A stretch of 64,000 nucleotides of DNA from Planctomycetota bacterium. GTDB taxonomy: Bacteria; Planctomycetota; UBA1135; UBA2386. This document shows, one piece after another, positions 30,312-39,714 of the stretch. The stretch lies in contig OZ245006.1 in assembly GCA_965223545.1 (NCBI GenBank), forward strand, positions 960,001-1,024,000, in the 5' to 3' direction. A model generated the notes under the pieces. That model was not told the origin of the DNA. It did no database searches and saw only the letters and a program-made list of their open reading frames with translations. The stretch's first letter is position 1. Every line of letters begins with the position of its first letter. A program made the translations under genes and the position numbers.

Positions 30312-30636
30312 CTACACACTCTGGAAAATCGCGATCGACGAAAGCACATCGGCGAAAGCACGTTGGGGTCGCCCTTCGATTTCAAGATGAGGCCTTGCCG
30401 GTGACTGGGGCACGGATGCAGTGACGGGGCGACCTGAATCACGGGCTGGATAACTCACGGTGACGGATTCGGAGATCTTGAGAATGGAATCCCGAAGCGC
30501 CGCCTCTCCGATGAATTCTGGCGATCTCACTGGCTTATTGGCTAACAGGTTAAACTCTAGACGAGCAGTCTTGGCCGGTCTTTTTTTTTATCGGGGACTC
30601 TCGGTCGCAACCAGAGTAACGGGAGGTTGTTCGGAC

Positions 30637-31131
30637 ATGAAACCCGACCGTCGAGAACTTCCATGGCGCGTGTACGCAGAGGACTACCTTGCCCTCCTCG
30701 GGTTCGCGCGGGCTGCAGCCACTCACGCCGGCGAGGGGACCCGACTGGACCCCGGCGACATTCTCCACGAAGCCATTCGCCGACAGGTCGTGGCAAATCG
30801 CACATTCAAGGACAGGGAACACTGCATCGCTGCGCTGAGGACCGTGATGCGGTCGGTGTGTGCCAACGAGGCACGTCGACGACGGTTCGTCGGTGGCGAC
30901 GACGTCGCGCGCGTCGCTGGTCCCGACCCCTTCCCAGAATCAGCAGTTGCCGAAGCCCTGGCATGGTTACGCGATCGCGATGCTCGGCTCGCGCAGCTGG
31001 TGGAGCAGTGCCTTCGCACGGGCGAGAGACCCAGCGAAGCTGCGGGAGACATGGGTGTGGCGGCCTCTACTGCTCGGCACTGGTGGGCCCAGGCCCTGGC
31101 GGAGCTGCGGAAGCACTTCAGCGACCACTGA
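30637..31131 (+). CDS. ECF-type sigma factor (TIGR02999-like, divergent)
   Basis: GGAGG RBS; LDPGDILHEA, DREH..AALRTVMR..NEARRR, EALAWL..DARLAQLVE, EAA..MGV...T....W..A...L. Confidence 0.75.
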   Translation: MKPDRRELPWRVYAEDYLALLGFARAAATHAGEGTRLDPGDILHEAIRRQVVANRTFKDREHCIAALRTVMRSVCANEARRRRFVGGDDVARVAGPDPFPESAVAEALAWLRDRDARLAQLVEQCLRTGERPSEAAGDMGVAASTARHWWAQALAELRKHFSDH

Positions 31132-31288
31132 GATCGCGCCGCAACCGAGCGGCGAAGGCAACCAGGGCTCAGACCGAGTGCTCACGCCGTTTGGTCGGGT
31201 GAGGGAGCAGCTCACCTGCAGCTGCATCGGTCGTCGAACGCACCACTCCGCCCTCGCACCAATCCCCACCCCACGCTCCAATGCCGCG

Positions 31289-32062
31289 ATGGCCCGCGAC
31301 GAACTGGACCGCCTGCTCGACGTGATCGCCCGGCTGCGCGCGCCCGACGGCTGTCCGTGGGACCGCGAGCAGACCGAGGTCAGCATGGCCCCGCACCTGC
31401 TCGAGGAGGCCTACGAAGCCGTCGAGGCGCTGCAGGCCGGGGATCCCGCCGCGGCGGCCGAGGAGCTCGGGGACGTGTTGATGAACGTGCTGATGATCGC
31501 GCAGATCGCGGGCGAGGCCGGCCGCTACGACGCCGGGGCGGTGGCGGGTGGTATCGCCGACAAGCTGGTCCGCCGGCACCCGCACGTGTTCGGCGGCACG
31601 GTCGCCGGCGACGCGGACACCGTGCTGCGCAACTGGGAGGCGATCAAGAAGGAGGAGGCGCCGGACGGGAAACGCAAGGGCGCGCTGGACGGCGTGCCGG
31701 ACGCGCTTCCGGCGCTACAGAAGGCGCTGCGGGTCGGGGAGAAGGCCGCCCGCACCGGGTTCGATTGGCCGGAGCAGAGTGGCGCGCGCGCGAAGCTCGA
31801 CGAGGAGCTGGGCGAGCTCGATGCGGCGCTGGCCGGCGGCGATCAGGCCGCCGCCGAGGCCGAGCTCGGCGACGTGCTGTTCAGCGTCGTCAACGTCGCC
31901 CGCCATGCGGGCATCAACCCCGAGATGGCGCTGCGCGCGACCGTGCAGCGCTTCATGGCGCGGTTCGCGCGCGTCGAGGCGCAGCTCGGCGCGGGTATGG
32001 CCGACGCCAGCTTGGCCGAGATGGAAGCGGCGTGGCAGGCGGCGAAGGAGTCGGAGCGCTGA
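31289..32062 (+). CDS. mazG: Nucleoside triphosphate pyrophosphohydrolase MazG
   Basis: LRAPDGCPWDREQT, EEAYE, EELGDVL, KLVRRHPHVF, GFDW, ELGDVLF. Confidence 0.95.
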   Translation: MARDELDRLLDVIARLRAPDGCPWDREQTEVSMAPHLLEEAYEAVEALQAGDPAAAAEELGDVLMNVLMIAQIAGEAGRYDAGAVAGGIADKLVRRHPHVFGGTVAGDADTVLRNWEAIKKEEAPDGKRKGALDGVPDALPALQKALRVGEKAARTGFDWPEQSGARAKLDEELGELDAALAGGDQAAAEAELGDVLFSVVNVARHAGINPEMALRATVQRFMARFARVEAQLGAGMADASLAEMEAAWQAAKESER

Positions 32063-34170
32063 GCGGCACCGCGCGGTTTCGGATCGCGATCGCCGCCATT
32101 CTCGCCGCCCACCTAGCGGTGTTGGCCGTGCTGGCACACGTCACGCCGTGGACCACCGACGAGGGCAGCTACCTCGCCGCGGGGATGGCGCTGCGGCAGG
32201 AGCTGCGCTTCGACGCGTTCAGCACGATCCTGCACGGCCCACTGCCGTTCTACAGCAACCAGCTGTGCTTCCCCGAGGGCGTGGCGGCCACGCCCGAGGC
32301 GGTGATCGCGCACAAGCTCGACGCCCGCCTCGGCATGCTGCCGCTCGCTGCGCTCGCCGCCATCGGCACCGCGCTGCTGGCGCGAACCTGGTTCGGTCGC
32401 CGCGCCGCGCTGGGCGCGCTGGTGCTGCACACGACCAACCCGATCGTGCTCGGCCACGGCTGCTTGATCACCGCCGACATGGCGCTCACCGCGGCGTGGG
32501 TGTGGCTCGCGCTGGCGGCGGTCTTCTACCTGCGCGCGCCGGGCGCCGGGCGCGCAGCCCTGGTCGGCGTCGCGCTGGGGACCGCGCTGGCGACGAAGTA
32601 CCTGGCGCTGTTCGCGCTCCCGGCGCTGGCGATCACCTTTGCCGGCAGCGCGCTGTTCGGCGCGAACGCGACCACCCCCATCGCCCACCGGCTGCGGACC
32701 CTGCTGCTGTCGGCCGCGGTGTGCGCCACGGTCGCACTGGGCACGCTGCACGCCTGCTACGGCTTCCGCGCCGGCGGCTACGCGCTGCGGCCGCCAGCTC
32801 CGGGCGCGCAGCACGCCCCACAGGACCCCGACGCCGGCGCACTGAGCTCGACCTTCCGCGGCCTGGTGGAAACACCGGGCGCCGCCGCCGCGCTGTCGCT
32901 GCTGCCCGCGCCCTGGGTGCGCGGCGTCGACTACCAGAAGTTCTACAGCGAGGCCGGCGGCACCTCGACGCTGGGCGAGCGCGTCGGCCCCGGCTTTGCC
33001 AGCTACTTCGCCGTGGCGCTCGGCAGCAAGCTGCCGCTGGTCATGCTGGCACTGCTCGCCGCCGGCCTCGCCCTGCGGCGGCCGCGCTGGCCCCCGCACG
33101 CCGGCCTGCTGCTCGCCTGCATGATCGGCGTGCCGGCGGTCTATCTCTCGATCGGCACCGCGCTGCAGATCGGCGTGCGCTATCTGCTGCCGATCCTGCC
33201 ACTGTTGGCGATCCTCGGCGGCCGCGCCATCGCGCGGTGGAGTGCGGCGCCGGCCGGCCGCTGGGGATTGGCGGTCGCCGCGGTGGTGCTGCTGGCGGAA
33301 GTCGGCACCAGCTGGCCGCGCTACGTCGGCGCGTTCAACCCCCTGTTCCGCGCCCAGCCGTATCTGCTGTTCGCCGACTCGAACCTCGATTGGCGCAGCA
33401 GCTGGGAGCCCGACCACGACGACCGGACCCTGGCACAGCGCTACCCGCAGAGCGCAGCCCTGCCCCCCACCGGCGGGCCCCGGTTCGGCACGATCCGCGC
33501 GCGCGGCCTCGACCTCTCCCGCCCGGATCCCCGCGACCCCTCCCGCGTGCACCACTGGCTGCGGCGCTTCGCGCCGATCGACCGGCTCGGCGCGAACTAC
33601 GTGTTCGCCGTCGACGACGCCGCGTTCGCCGCCGCCATCGATCTCGGCGGTCCCGACGAAGACGCCCGCGGCGTCCTCGAGCTGGCGATCGCCCGGCTTG
33701 GGGCCGGCGACGTCGAGGGAGCCGAGGCGCTGCTGCACACCTGCACCGACCCGGACACCGCGATCGTCGCTCGCCTCGCGCAAGACCTGGCGGCCGCCCC
33801 CCCACTGCCCGGCCGCGCCCTGCACACCTGGCTGTCGCTCGGCCGCGCCGACCTGGTGCTGGCGGCGCCGGCGGCGCCCGAAGGCCTCCGCGCGCACGCC
33901 CACCTCGCCCGCGGCGAGCCGGACCGCGCCGCGGCGCTCCTGCGCGCGGTCGAGGAGCAGCGCCCGCTCACCATCGACGAGGTCATGCTGCTGGCCAGCA
34001 GTCTCGCGCCGAGCGCGCCGGAGCAGGCCAGCGCGGTCCTGACGCGGCACCGCCCGCCCGACGGCAGCCCCCTGCGGGCCGCCTACGACGCGCTCGAGCG
34101 CCAGCTGCGGGATGCCACCCAGGCGGTCCGACTGCTGCAGCGAGACGCCGGCGGGGCCGACCCGCGCTGA
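32059..34170 (+). CDS. ArnT-like (GT39/GT83) membrane glycosyltransferase with C-terminal helical domain
   Basis: TTDEGSY, HGPLP, LITADM, ALATKY, GVRYLLP, DSNLDW; start uncertain (CTG 32059 or GTG 32032). Confidence 0.8.
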   Translation: MSGTARFRIAIAAILAAHLAVLAVLAHVTPWTTDEGSYLAAGMALRQELRFDAFSTILHGPLPFYSNQLCFPEGVAATPEAVIAHKLDARLGMLPLAALAAIGTALLARTWFGRRAALGALVLHTTNPIVLGHGCLITADMALTAAWVWLALAAVFYLRAPGAGRAALVGVALGTALATKYLALFALPALAITFAGSALFGANATTPIAHRLRTLLLSAAVCATVALGTLHACYGFRAGGYALRPPAPGAQHAPQDPDAGALSSTFRGLVETPGAAAALSLLPAPWVRGVDYQKFYSEAGGTSTLGERVGPGFASYFAVALGSKLPLVMLALLAAGLALRRPRWPPHAGLLLACMIGVPAVYLSIGTALQIGVRYLLPILPLLAILGGRAIARWSAAPAGRWGLAVAAVVLLAEVGTSWPRYVGAFNPLFRAQPYLLFADSNLDWRSSWEPDHDDRTLAQRYPQSAALPPTGGPRFGTIRARGLDLSRPDPRDPSRVHHWLRRFAPIDRLGANYVFAVDDAAFAAAIDLGGPDEDARGVLELAIARLGAGDVEGAEALLHTCTDPDTAIVARLAQDLAAAPPLPGRALHTWLSLGRADLVLAAPAAPEGLRAHAHLARGEPDRAAALLRAVEEQRPLTIDEVMLLASSLAPSAPEQASAVLTRHRPPDGSPLRAAYDALERQLRDATQAVRLLQRDAGGADPR

Positions 34171-34321
34171 CGGACCGCCGCCGCGCCGTCGGCGGCCCGA
34201 CGCACCGTCGGCGCGCCGACGGCCGTCGATCGCCCGACGGCGCCGGGGCCGACAGCCCGACACCCTCCTAACCAACTTGCCAACGCTGGTTTAGGTCACA
34301 CTCAAGAAGTTCCACGCCCAG

Positions 34322-34337
34322 TGGCACGCGATTCGCA
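34322..34337 (+). promoter_or_regulatory. Candidate sigma54 (-24/-12) promoter
   Basis: TGGCACGCGATTCGCA, with GG-N10-GC spacing. Confidence 0.55.
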
Positions 34338-34347
34338 CCCCAGTCCG

Positions 34348-34550
34348 TCGGTGGAAAATGCAACGGGCCGACGGCCCGGTGGCAGGGATCTCGCCCGATG
34401 GGCCGCGTGCCCATCGGGCGGCTCCGTTTCCTCCAACCGCCAGCGCGCGAACGCTCGCCGGCCCCACACACCTTCGTCCCTCGAGGACACCCACACACCT
34501 GACGCTCGGACAGACCACATTGTGGCGCTGTCCGAGCGTTGCGCTTTTTC
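34348..34550 (+). ncRNA. Candidate structured small RNA
   Basis: Follows the sigma54-like promoter; several hairpins, two CCCACACACCT motifs, terminal 12-bp stem (34502-34539) and T-run. Confidence 0.4.
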
Positions 34551-34584
34551 CGGCGCACCATGCGCGCGGCGGAAGCGCCACTCG

Positions 34585-36243
34585 TCACATCCGCCGGTAG
34601 CGCGGGCCGCTGCCGCCCTCGCGGGGAGTCCAGCGCGGCCCCAGCACATCGGTCGCCTTGCAGTCGACGCAGTTGGGGGCGTTGATCTGCAGTGCGCCGT
34701 CGACGACCTCGTACACGCTCGCCGGGCACATCGCCTCGTAGAACCGCGCGACCTCGGGCGGCACTTCCCCCCCGACCTCGAGGTGGCTGGGGATGGTGTC
34801 GCGGGTGGCGTTGCCCGACTTGAAGACCGCGTCGACCTTGCTGAACGTCAAGACGCCGTCCGCCGGCGCAGCGGCCGCGGCGCCACCGGCCCGCTTGGCC
34901 TCGGCGGCGTCTTCCTCGACCGCGACGCGCCCCCCGAGCAGGCGCCCACCGCTCGCAGTCATCAGCGCCGCCTTGAGCCCGCCGCGGAAGAAGCCGCTCT
35001 TGAACGCCAACCGCATGTTGCGGGTCTTGTGCAGGTCTTCGGTCACGTAGGACGCCTTGCACAGCCGGTCGTACTCGGCGAGCTTGCCCGCCGAAGGATC
35101 GTCGGCGACCAACGCCGTGTAGATCGCGCGCGCCGCGTAGATCCCGGACTGGATCGCGTAGTGGATCCCCTTCAGCGAGGGAACGTCGACGAAGCCGGCG
35201 CTGTCGCCCAGCACGACGCAGCCATCGCCGGAGCGGCGCTCGGCCAGCGAGTAGTAGCCGCCTTCCGGAATCGTCTTCGCACCCCACTCGAGCAGCTCGC
35301 CGCCATCGAGCACACCGCGGAACAGCGGGTGCTGCTTCATGCGCTGCAGCAGCGCGTGCACGTCCAACCCGGCGTCCTTGTAGTCCAGCCCGACGACCAA
35401 GCCCAACGCCACCAGGTTGGGCTCGAGCGGATACATGAAGCTGCCGCCGAACGCATCGCGCGGCAGCGGCCACCCCATGGTGTGCACCACGTCCTGCAGC
35501 GGCTTGCCGGTCTGCCACAGCTCCTTGACGCCGAGCGCGAAGATCTGCGGGTTGGGCGCGGCGATCCCCTGCCACTGCTCCCAGGCCTGGGCCAGCAGGC
35601 CGCGCGTGCCCTCGGACAAGGCGACGACCTTGGCCGACAGGTCGGTGGGCGGCTCGTAGTTGCCGCCCTGGTTGCCGTCCCGATCCAGCCCCATCGGCGT
35701 GGTGCGCACGCCGACCACGCGCTGGCCGTCGACCAACAGGGACGCCGCCGGAAACCCGGTGAAGACGTTGACGCCCGCGGCCTCGGCGCGCTCGCCCATC
35801 CACTGCACGACCTCGCAGATCGAGGCGACGTAGTTGCCCTTGTTGTGCATCGTCGGCGGCGTCGGAATGCGCAGCGCCCGCTTCTCGGTCAGCATGTAGA
35901 CCGACTCGCGGTCGACGCGGGTGCGGAACGGAAAGTCGGCGTCGGTGAGATCGGGGAACAGCTCGCGCAGCGCGCGCGGGTTGACCACCGCCCCCGACAG
36001 ATTGTGCTGGCCTAGCGACTCGGCCTTCTCCAACACGCCGATCTCGACCTCGCCCGGGCCGTCGCCGCGCTCGTTGCCGATCTTCACCAAGCGCGCCAGC
36101 TCGATCGCGCCCGCCAGGCCGGCGGGGCCGGCACCGACGAACAGGACGTCCATCGGCACGCCGTCCTCGGACGGCGCCTCGTTGAGGATCAGTCGATCGA
36201 GGGGCAGCGCGGGCTGGTGCTTGGCGGGGACGATCTGGGCCAT
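34585..36243 (-). CDS. Electron transfer flavoprotein-ubiquinone oxidoreductase
   Basis: VGAGPAGL, LSGAV, LGVKELW, GAKTIPEGG, GDSAGFV..LKGIHYAI, CPASVYE..NCVDCK. Confidence 0.92.
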   Translation of the reverse strand: MAQIVPAKHQPALPLDRLILNEAPSEDGVPMDVLFVGAGPAGLAGAIELARLVKIGNERGDGPGEVEIGVLEKAESLGQHNLSGAVVNPRALRELFPDLTDADFPFRTRVDRESVYMLTEKRALRIPTPPTMHNKGNYVASICEVVQWMGERAEAAGVNVFTGFPAASLLVDGQRVVGVRTTPMGLDRDGNQGGNYEPPTDLSAKVVALSEGTRGLLAQAWEQWQGIAAPNPQIFALGVKELWQTGKPLQDVVHTMGWPLPRDAFGGSFMYPLEPNLVALGLVVGLDYKDAGLDVHALLQRMKQHPLFRGVLDGGELLEWGAKTIPEGGYYSLAERRSGDGCVVLGDSAGFVDVPSLKGIHYAIQSGIYAARAIYTALVADDPSAGKLAEYDRLCKASYVTEDLHKTRNMRLAFKSGFFRGGLKAALMTASGGRLLGGRVAVEEDAAEAKRAGGAAAAAPADGVLTFSKVDAVFKSGNATRDTIPSHLEVGGEVPPEVARFYEAMCPASVYEVVDGALQINAPNCVDCKATDVLGPRWTPREGGSGPRYRRM

Positions 36244-36274
36244 CGGAGCACCGTACGGCGCGCTTCCCGCGTTT

Positions 36275-37012
36275 TCACCCTCGAGGTAGCGGCGGCGGGC
36301 CGGCACGGCGCGCGCGCAGCAAGCGCCGCGCGGTGCGCGCCAGGTGGCGCACGCCGGGAGTCCGGTCGATCCACTGTGGGGTGATGTCGCTGTGCGAGCT
36401 GCGCTGGCCGCCAAGGCTGGGGGTGGCGATCACCGTGCGCACGTCCGGATTGCGCGCGCGGAAGGTCGACAACGCGCCGTCGAGGTGCATCGGCCCGCCG
36501 TCCGGATGCCCGCGCGGGCGCTCCAGCATGGCCGCCATCGCCTCGATGAGCCGCTCGAGCAACCCTCGCCTCACCGCGTAGAAGTGGGTGGTCAAGACCG
36601 GCCCCTCCCACTGGCGGAAGCCGATCCCATCGCCACCCGCGGCACCGTCGACCGGCACCGGGTGGCCGAGATAGGCGAGGTCCCAATCGACCTCTGCCAA
36701 CACCTCGACCACGGCGTCGAGACCACCGGCCAGCTGTGGTGCCAGCTCGAGGTCGTCTTCGATCATCAGCAAGTGCTCGACGTCGAGGTCGCGCGCGCTG
36801 CGCCACGCCTGCAGGTGGCTCAGAAAGCAACCGCGGGCGCCGACGCTCTCGAAGTCACCCGCACTCGGCGGCCGGATCGCCGGGAAGATCTCGACCGCGC
36901 CGGGGCACAACGCCATGTCCGCGCGTTCCAGCTCGGCGGCGATCTCTGCCCGGCGGTCGGCCCGCTCGGGCAGATTGACGACGAACGTGCGCTGAAAGTA
37001 CTCGTGCGACAA
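36275..37012 (-). CDS. GT25-family glycosyltransferase
   Basis: VVNLPERADRR, GARGCFLSH, MIEDD, QRSSHSDI. Confidence 0.85.
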   Translation of the reverse strand: MSHEYFQRTFVVNLPERADRRAEIAAELERADMALCPGAVEIFPAIRPPSAGDFESVGARGCFLSHLQAWRSARDLDVEHLLMIEDDLELAPQLAGGLDAVVEVLAEVDWDLAYLGHPVPVDGAAGGDGIGFRQWEGPVLTTHFYAVRRGLLERLIEAMAAMLERPRGHPDGGPMHLDGALSTFRARNPDVRTVIATPSLGGQRSSHSDITPQWIDRTPGVRHLARTARRLLRARRAGPPPLPRG

Positions 37013-37114
37013 GGCGGACTCCTGCCTCCTCGTCGATCACCCTCCACGCCGGGCTGAGGACACCGTCTCGAATCGAGCCACCGCCGGCCAACGACACCGC
37101 CCCCCCGAGGTCGC

Positions 37115-38464
37115 TCAGGGCTCACCAAGCACCCTTGCCGCCGCCGCCAACACGCGCCGGTTCCAGTCGGTCGCGGCGGCGCGGACCCCCAACCTCCGAA
37201 AGTCCGCGGGCCGGCGCGCGACGACGACATCGGGCAGCACCCCCCGCCCCTGCACCGCCCGCCCGCCCGCGTCCGCGATGCGGCGCGCGCCAAAGGTCAG
37301 CACCGAGCCGTCCGGCCCACTGACCCGTTCCACCATGGCCTCCGCGCCGGCCGTGCGCTCGCCGACCACCAGCGCGCGCCCCTCGTTCTGCAGCACGCGG
37401 GTGAAGTGCTCGGCCGCACTCGCGGTCTGGGCGTCGACCAGGATCGCCAACCGCCCGCGGAACGGCCGCTCGCGCACCGGCACGCGCCAGGTGGCGAAGC
37501 GCTCGCGGCGCACCAGCCCCCCCAACCACTCCTCGACGTCCGAGTCGCTGACCAGCGTGGCCTCGGCGGCGAGAAAGCGCCCCAGGGTGTGCGCCATCAG
37601 CTCGGAGCGGCCACCGGGGTTGCCGCGCAGGTCGAGGATCAGCGCACGCCACGCCAACACCGCGTCGATCTGCCGGTCCAGCACCTGGCCGGCGCGCTCG
37701 ACGTCGCCGTCTTCGGCGCCGTCTTCGACGATGCGACCGGGCGCGAAGCTCGAGATGGCCAACACCGGCACGCCGGCGACCTCTCCCTCGCCGCGCACCT
37801 CGACCGACCAAAACGCGCCGCGCGCCGCCTCGTCGGCGGCGCGCTCCGGCCGGCGCAACCCGTGGCGCGACTCGGTGCCGTCGCTCCAGCGCAGCTCGAG
37901 GTCGGCGATCGAGCCGGGGCGCCCGCGCAACAGATGACGCACCAACGACGGCACCACCGGGTACCCCTCAACCCGAATGAGCCGGGGCAAGCGCGCCGCC
38001 TCACCACTCAGATGGTCCGGCGCGGCCGGCGCCGCCCCCTGCGGCCAGCTCGCGACGTGCGTGTCCCGTCCGATCGACACCAGCTGGAATCCGCGCCGGT
38101 GTTCCAGCGAAGTCACGGCGACGCCATCGACCTCCACCATGCGGTCCGGCGGCAGCTGCAGACTGACGTGGGGATCCTCGAGCTGACTCAACAGACCGGC
38201 GAACCCGCGGTAGAAGTCGATCACCGAGTCCCCGGCAACCGCCACGTCGCGCAGCCGCGCGACCTGCTCCTGCCACGCGGCCCGGCGCCCGGCGAAGAAG
38301 GGATAGTCGCGGGCCAACACCGCCGCGTAGTGCTCGATGGTGCGCAGCCGGAGCTGGTCTTCCGCCGACAGAGCCGACACGTGGCACCCCGCGGCGCTGA
38401 AGAGGACCGCCAACAGGGCCGCGGCGCGGGCCCGCCACCGAAGCCCGCGACGGCGGCGCCTCAC
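37115..38464 (-). CDS. S41-family peptidase, probable lipoprotein
   Basis: LEDPH, LDLRGNPGG, TASAAE, GERTAG, GVLPD; AAGC lipobox; GTGA overlap. Confidence 0.85.
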   Translation of the reverse strand: MRRRRRGLRWRARAAALLAVLFSAAGCHVSALSAEDQLRLRTIEHYAAVLARDYPFFAGRRAAWQEQVARLRDVAVAGDSVIDFYRGFAGLLSQLEDPHVSLQLPPDRMVEVDGVAVTSLEHRRGFQLVSIGRDTHVASWPQGAAPAAPDHLSGEAARLPRLIRVEGYPVVPSLVRHLLRGRPGSIADLELRWSDGTESRHGLRRPERAADEAARGAFWSVEVRGEGEVAGVPVLAISSFAPGRIVEDGAEDGDVERAGQVLDRQIDAVLAWRALILDLRGNPGGRSELMAHTLGRFLAAEATLVSDSDVEEWLGGLVRRERFATWRVPVRERPFRGRLAILVDAQTASAAEHFTRVLQNEGRALVVGERTAGAEAMVERVSGPDGSVLTFGARRIADAGGRAVQGRGVLPDVVVARRPADFRRLGVRAAATDWNRRVLAAAARVLGEP

Positions 38465-39714
38465 CCGGAGCTTCCCGCCGCGCGCGCCAGGTCGTCGGCA
38501 AACAGCTCGAGCGCGCTGAGCACCGGCGCCGCCGCCATCTCGATCAGCGAGCAGCGCCCCTTGCCGCGGGCGAACGCCGCCAGCTTCTGCAGCTTCTCCG
38601 CGTAACCAGGTCCCCGGCCGTCGGCGACGCCGCGCAGCACGTGCACCATCTGGTTGGTCTCCATCCGACACGGCGGGCACTGGCCGCACTGCTCGTCCAT
38701 GAAGAACTGCGCGATCTCCAGGATCCGCGGCAGCGGGTCCTCGCCCTCCTCGACGAAGCTCACGCCGCCGCACCCGAGCGTGCCGCCGAGTTCCGCGAGC
38801 CGGGCGTGATCCATCGGCGTGTCGAGATGTTCGGCGGCCAGGAAGCGGCACGACAGTGCCGGCAAGATCGCGCGCAACGGCCGGCCGCTGCGCGGCCCAC
38901 CACCACAGCCGTAGATCAGCTCGCGGAAGGTGGCGCCGAAGGGCAGCTCGTACACACCCGGCCGGGCGACCCGCTCGCCCAACGTGAAGAGCATCGTGCC
39001 CGCACTGCCCTCGGTGCCGATCGCGCGGTAGGCGTCGGCGCCGTGGCGCACGATCCACGGCACGTGCGCCAGCGTCTCGACGTTGTTCACCGTCGTCGGC
39101 CGGCCGAACAGCCCGGCCTCGCCCGGATACGGCGGCTTGGCCCGCGGCAGCGCCGGCCGTCCCTCGATCGACTCGAGCGCCGCGGTCTCCTCGCCGGCGA
39201 CGTAGGTGGTCGGCGCGCGGTGGATGCGGATCTCGAACGCGAACCGGCCCTCGAACGCTTCGCCGCCGAGCACGCCGGCGGCCTCCGCCTCGGCGATCGC
39301 GTCCTGCGCCGCAGCCAAGGGCGCCTGCATGTCCTCGATCAGGTAGAGGTAGCCGACGCGCGCGCCCGTGGCCAAACCACACAGCGCCATGCCCTCGAGC
39401 ACCGCGTGCGGGTAGTGCGCCACGAGATACTTGTCCTTGTCGCTGCCCGGCTCGTGCTCGCCACCATTGGCGACCACGTAGCGCTCGCCCCCGTCGCGAT
39501 CCTGCGCCGCGGCCAAGCCCCACTTGCGCGCCACCGGGAACGATGCACCGCCGCGCCCACGCAGCCCGGCCGCCGCGACCGCCTCGAGCACCGCGCCGCC
39601 GGCGCCCTCATCCACCGCACGCCGCAGCGCCTCGTAGCCGCCGCGCTGGCGGTAGGCCTCGAGATCCTGGCGCGCCGATCCATCGAGTCCGGTCAGCAGA
39701 ATGCGAGTCGACAC
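38461..39714 (-). CDS. NuoF/HoxF-like NADH-binding flavo-iron-sulfur subunit (stand-alone)
   Basis: GLRGRGGASFP, ANGGEHEPGSDKD, YVAGEETA, VNNVETL, CGQCPPCR..C. Confidence 0.88.
   Translation of the reverse strand: MSTRILLTGLDGSARQDLEAYRQRGGYEALRRAVDEGAGGAVLEAVAAAGLRGRGGASFPVARKWGLAAAQDRDGGERYVVANGGEHEPGSDKDKYLVAHYPHAVLEGMALCGLATGARVGYLYLIEDMQAPLAAAQDAIAEAEAAGVLGGEAFEGRFAFEIRIHRAPTTYVAGEETAALESIEGRPALPRAKPPYPGEAGLFGRPTTVNNVETLAHVPWIVRHGADAYRAIGTEGSAGTMLFTLGERVARPGVYELPFGATFRELIYGCGGGPRSGRPLRAILPALSCRFLAAEHLDTPMDHARLAELGGTLGCGGVSFVEEGEDPLPRILEIAQFFMDEQCGQCPPCRMETNQMVHVLRGVADGRGPGYAEKLQKLAAFARGKGRCSLIEMAAAPVLSALELFADDLARAAGSSG

Noticed and set aside
31357..34170. 937-aa ORF as a mazG-overlapping fusion
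   Set aside because: The first ~230 codons are off-frame mazG sequence; the real membrane protein starts near 32059
34358..34600. 80-aa ORF downstream of the sigma54-like promoter
   Set aside because: No recognisable motifs, runs through strong hairpins and overlaps the ETF-QO end; RNA interpretation preferred but not proven
37115..39523. 802-aa ORF as a NuoF-peptidase fusion
   Set aside because: The N-terminal part is off-frame; two separate genes with a GTGA overlap at 38461-38464
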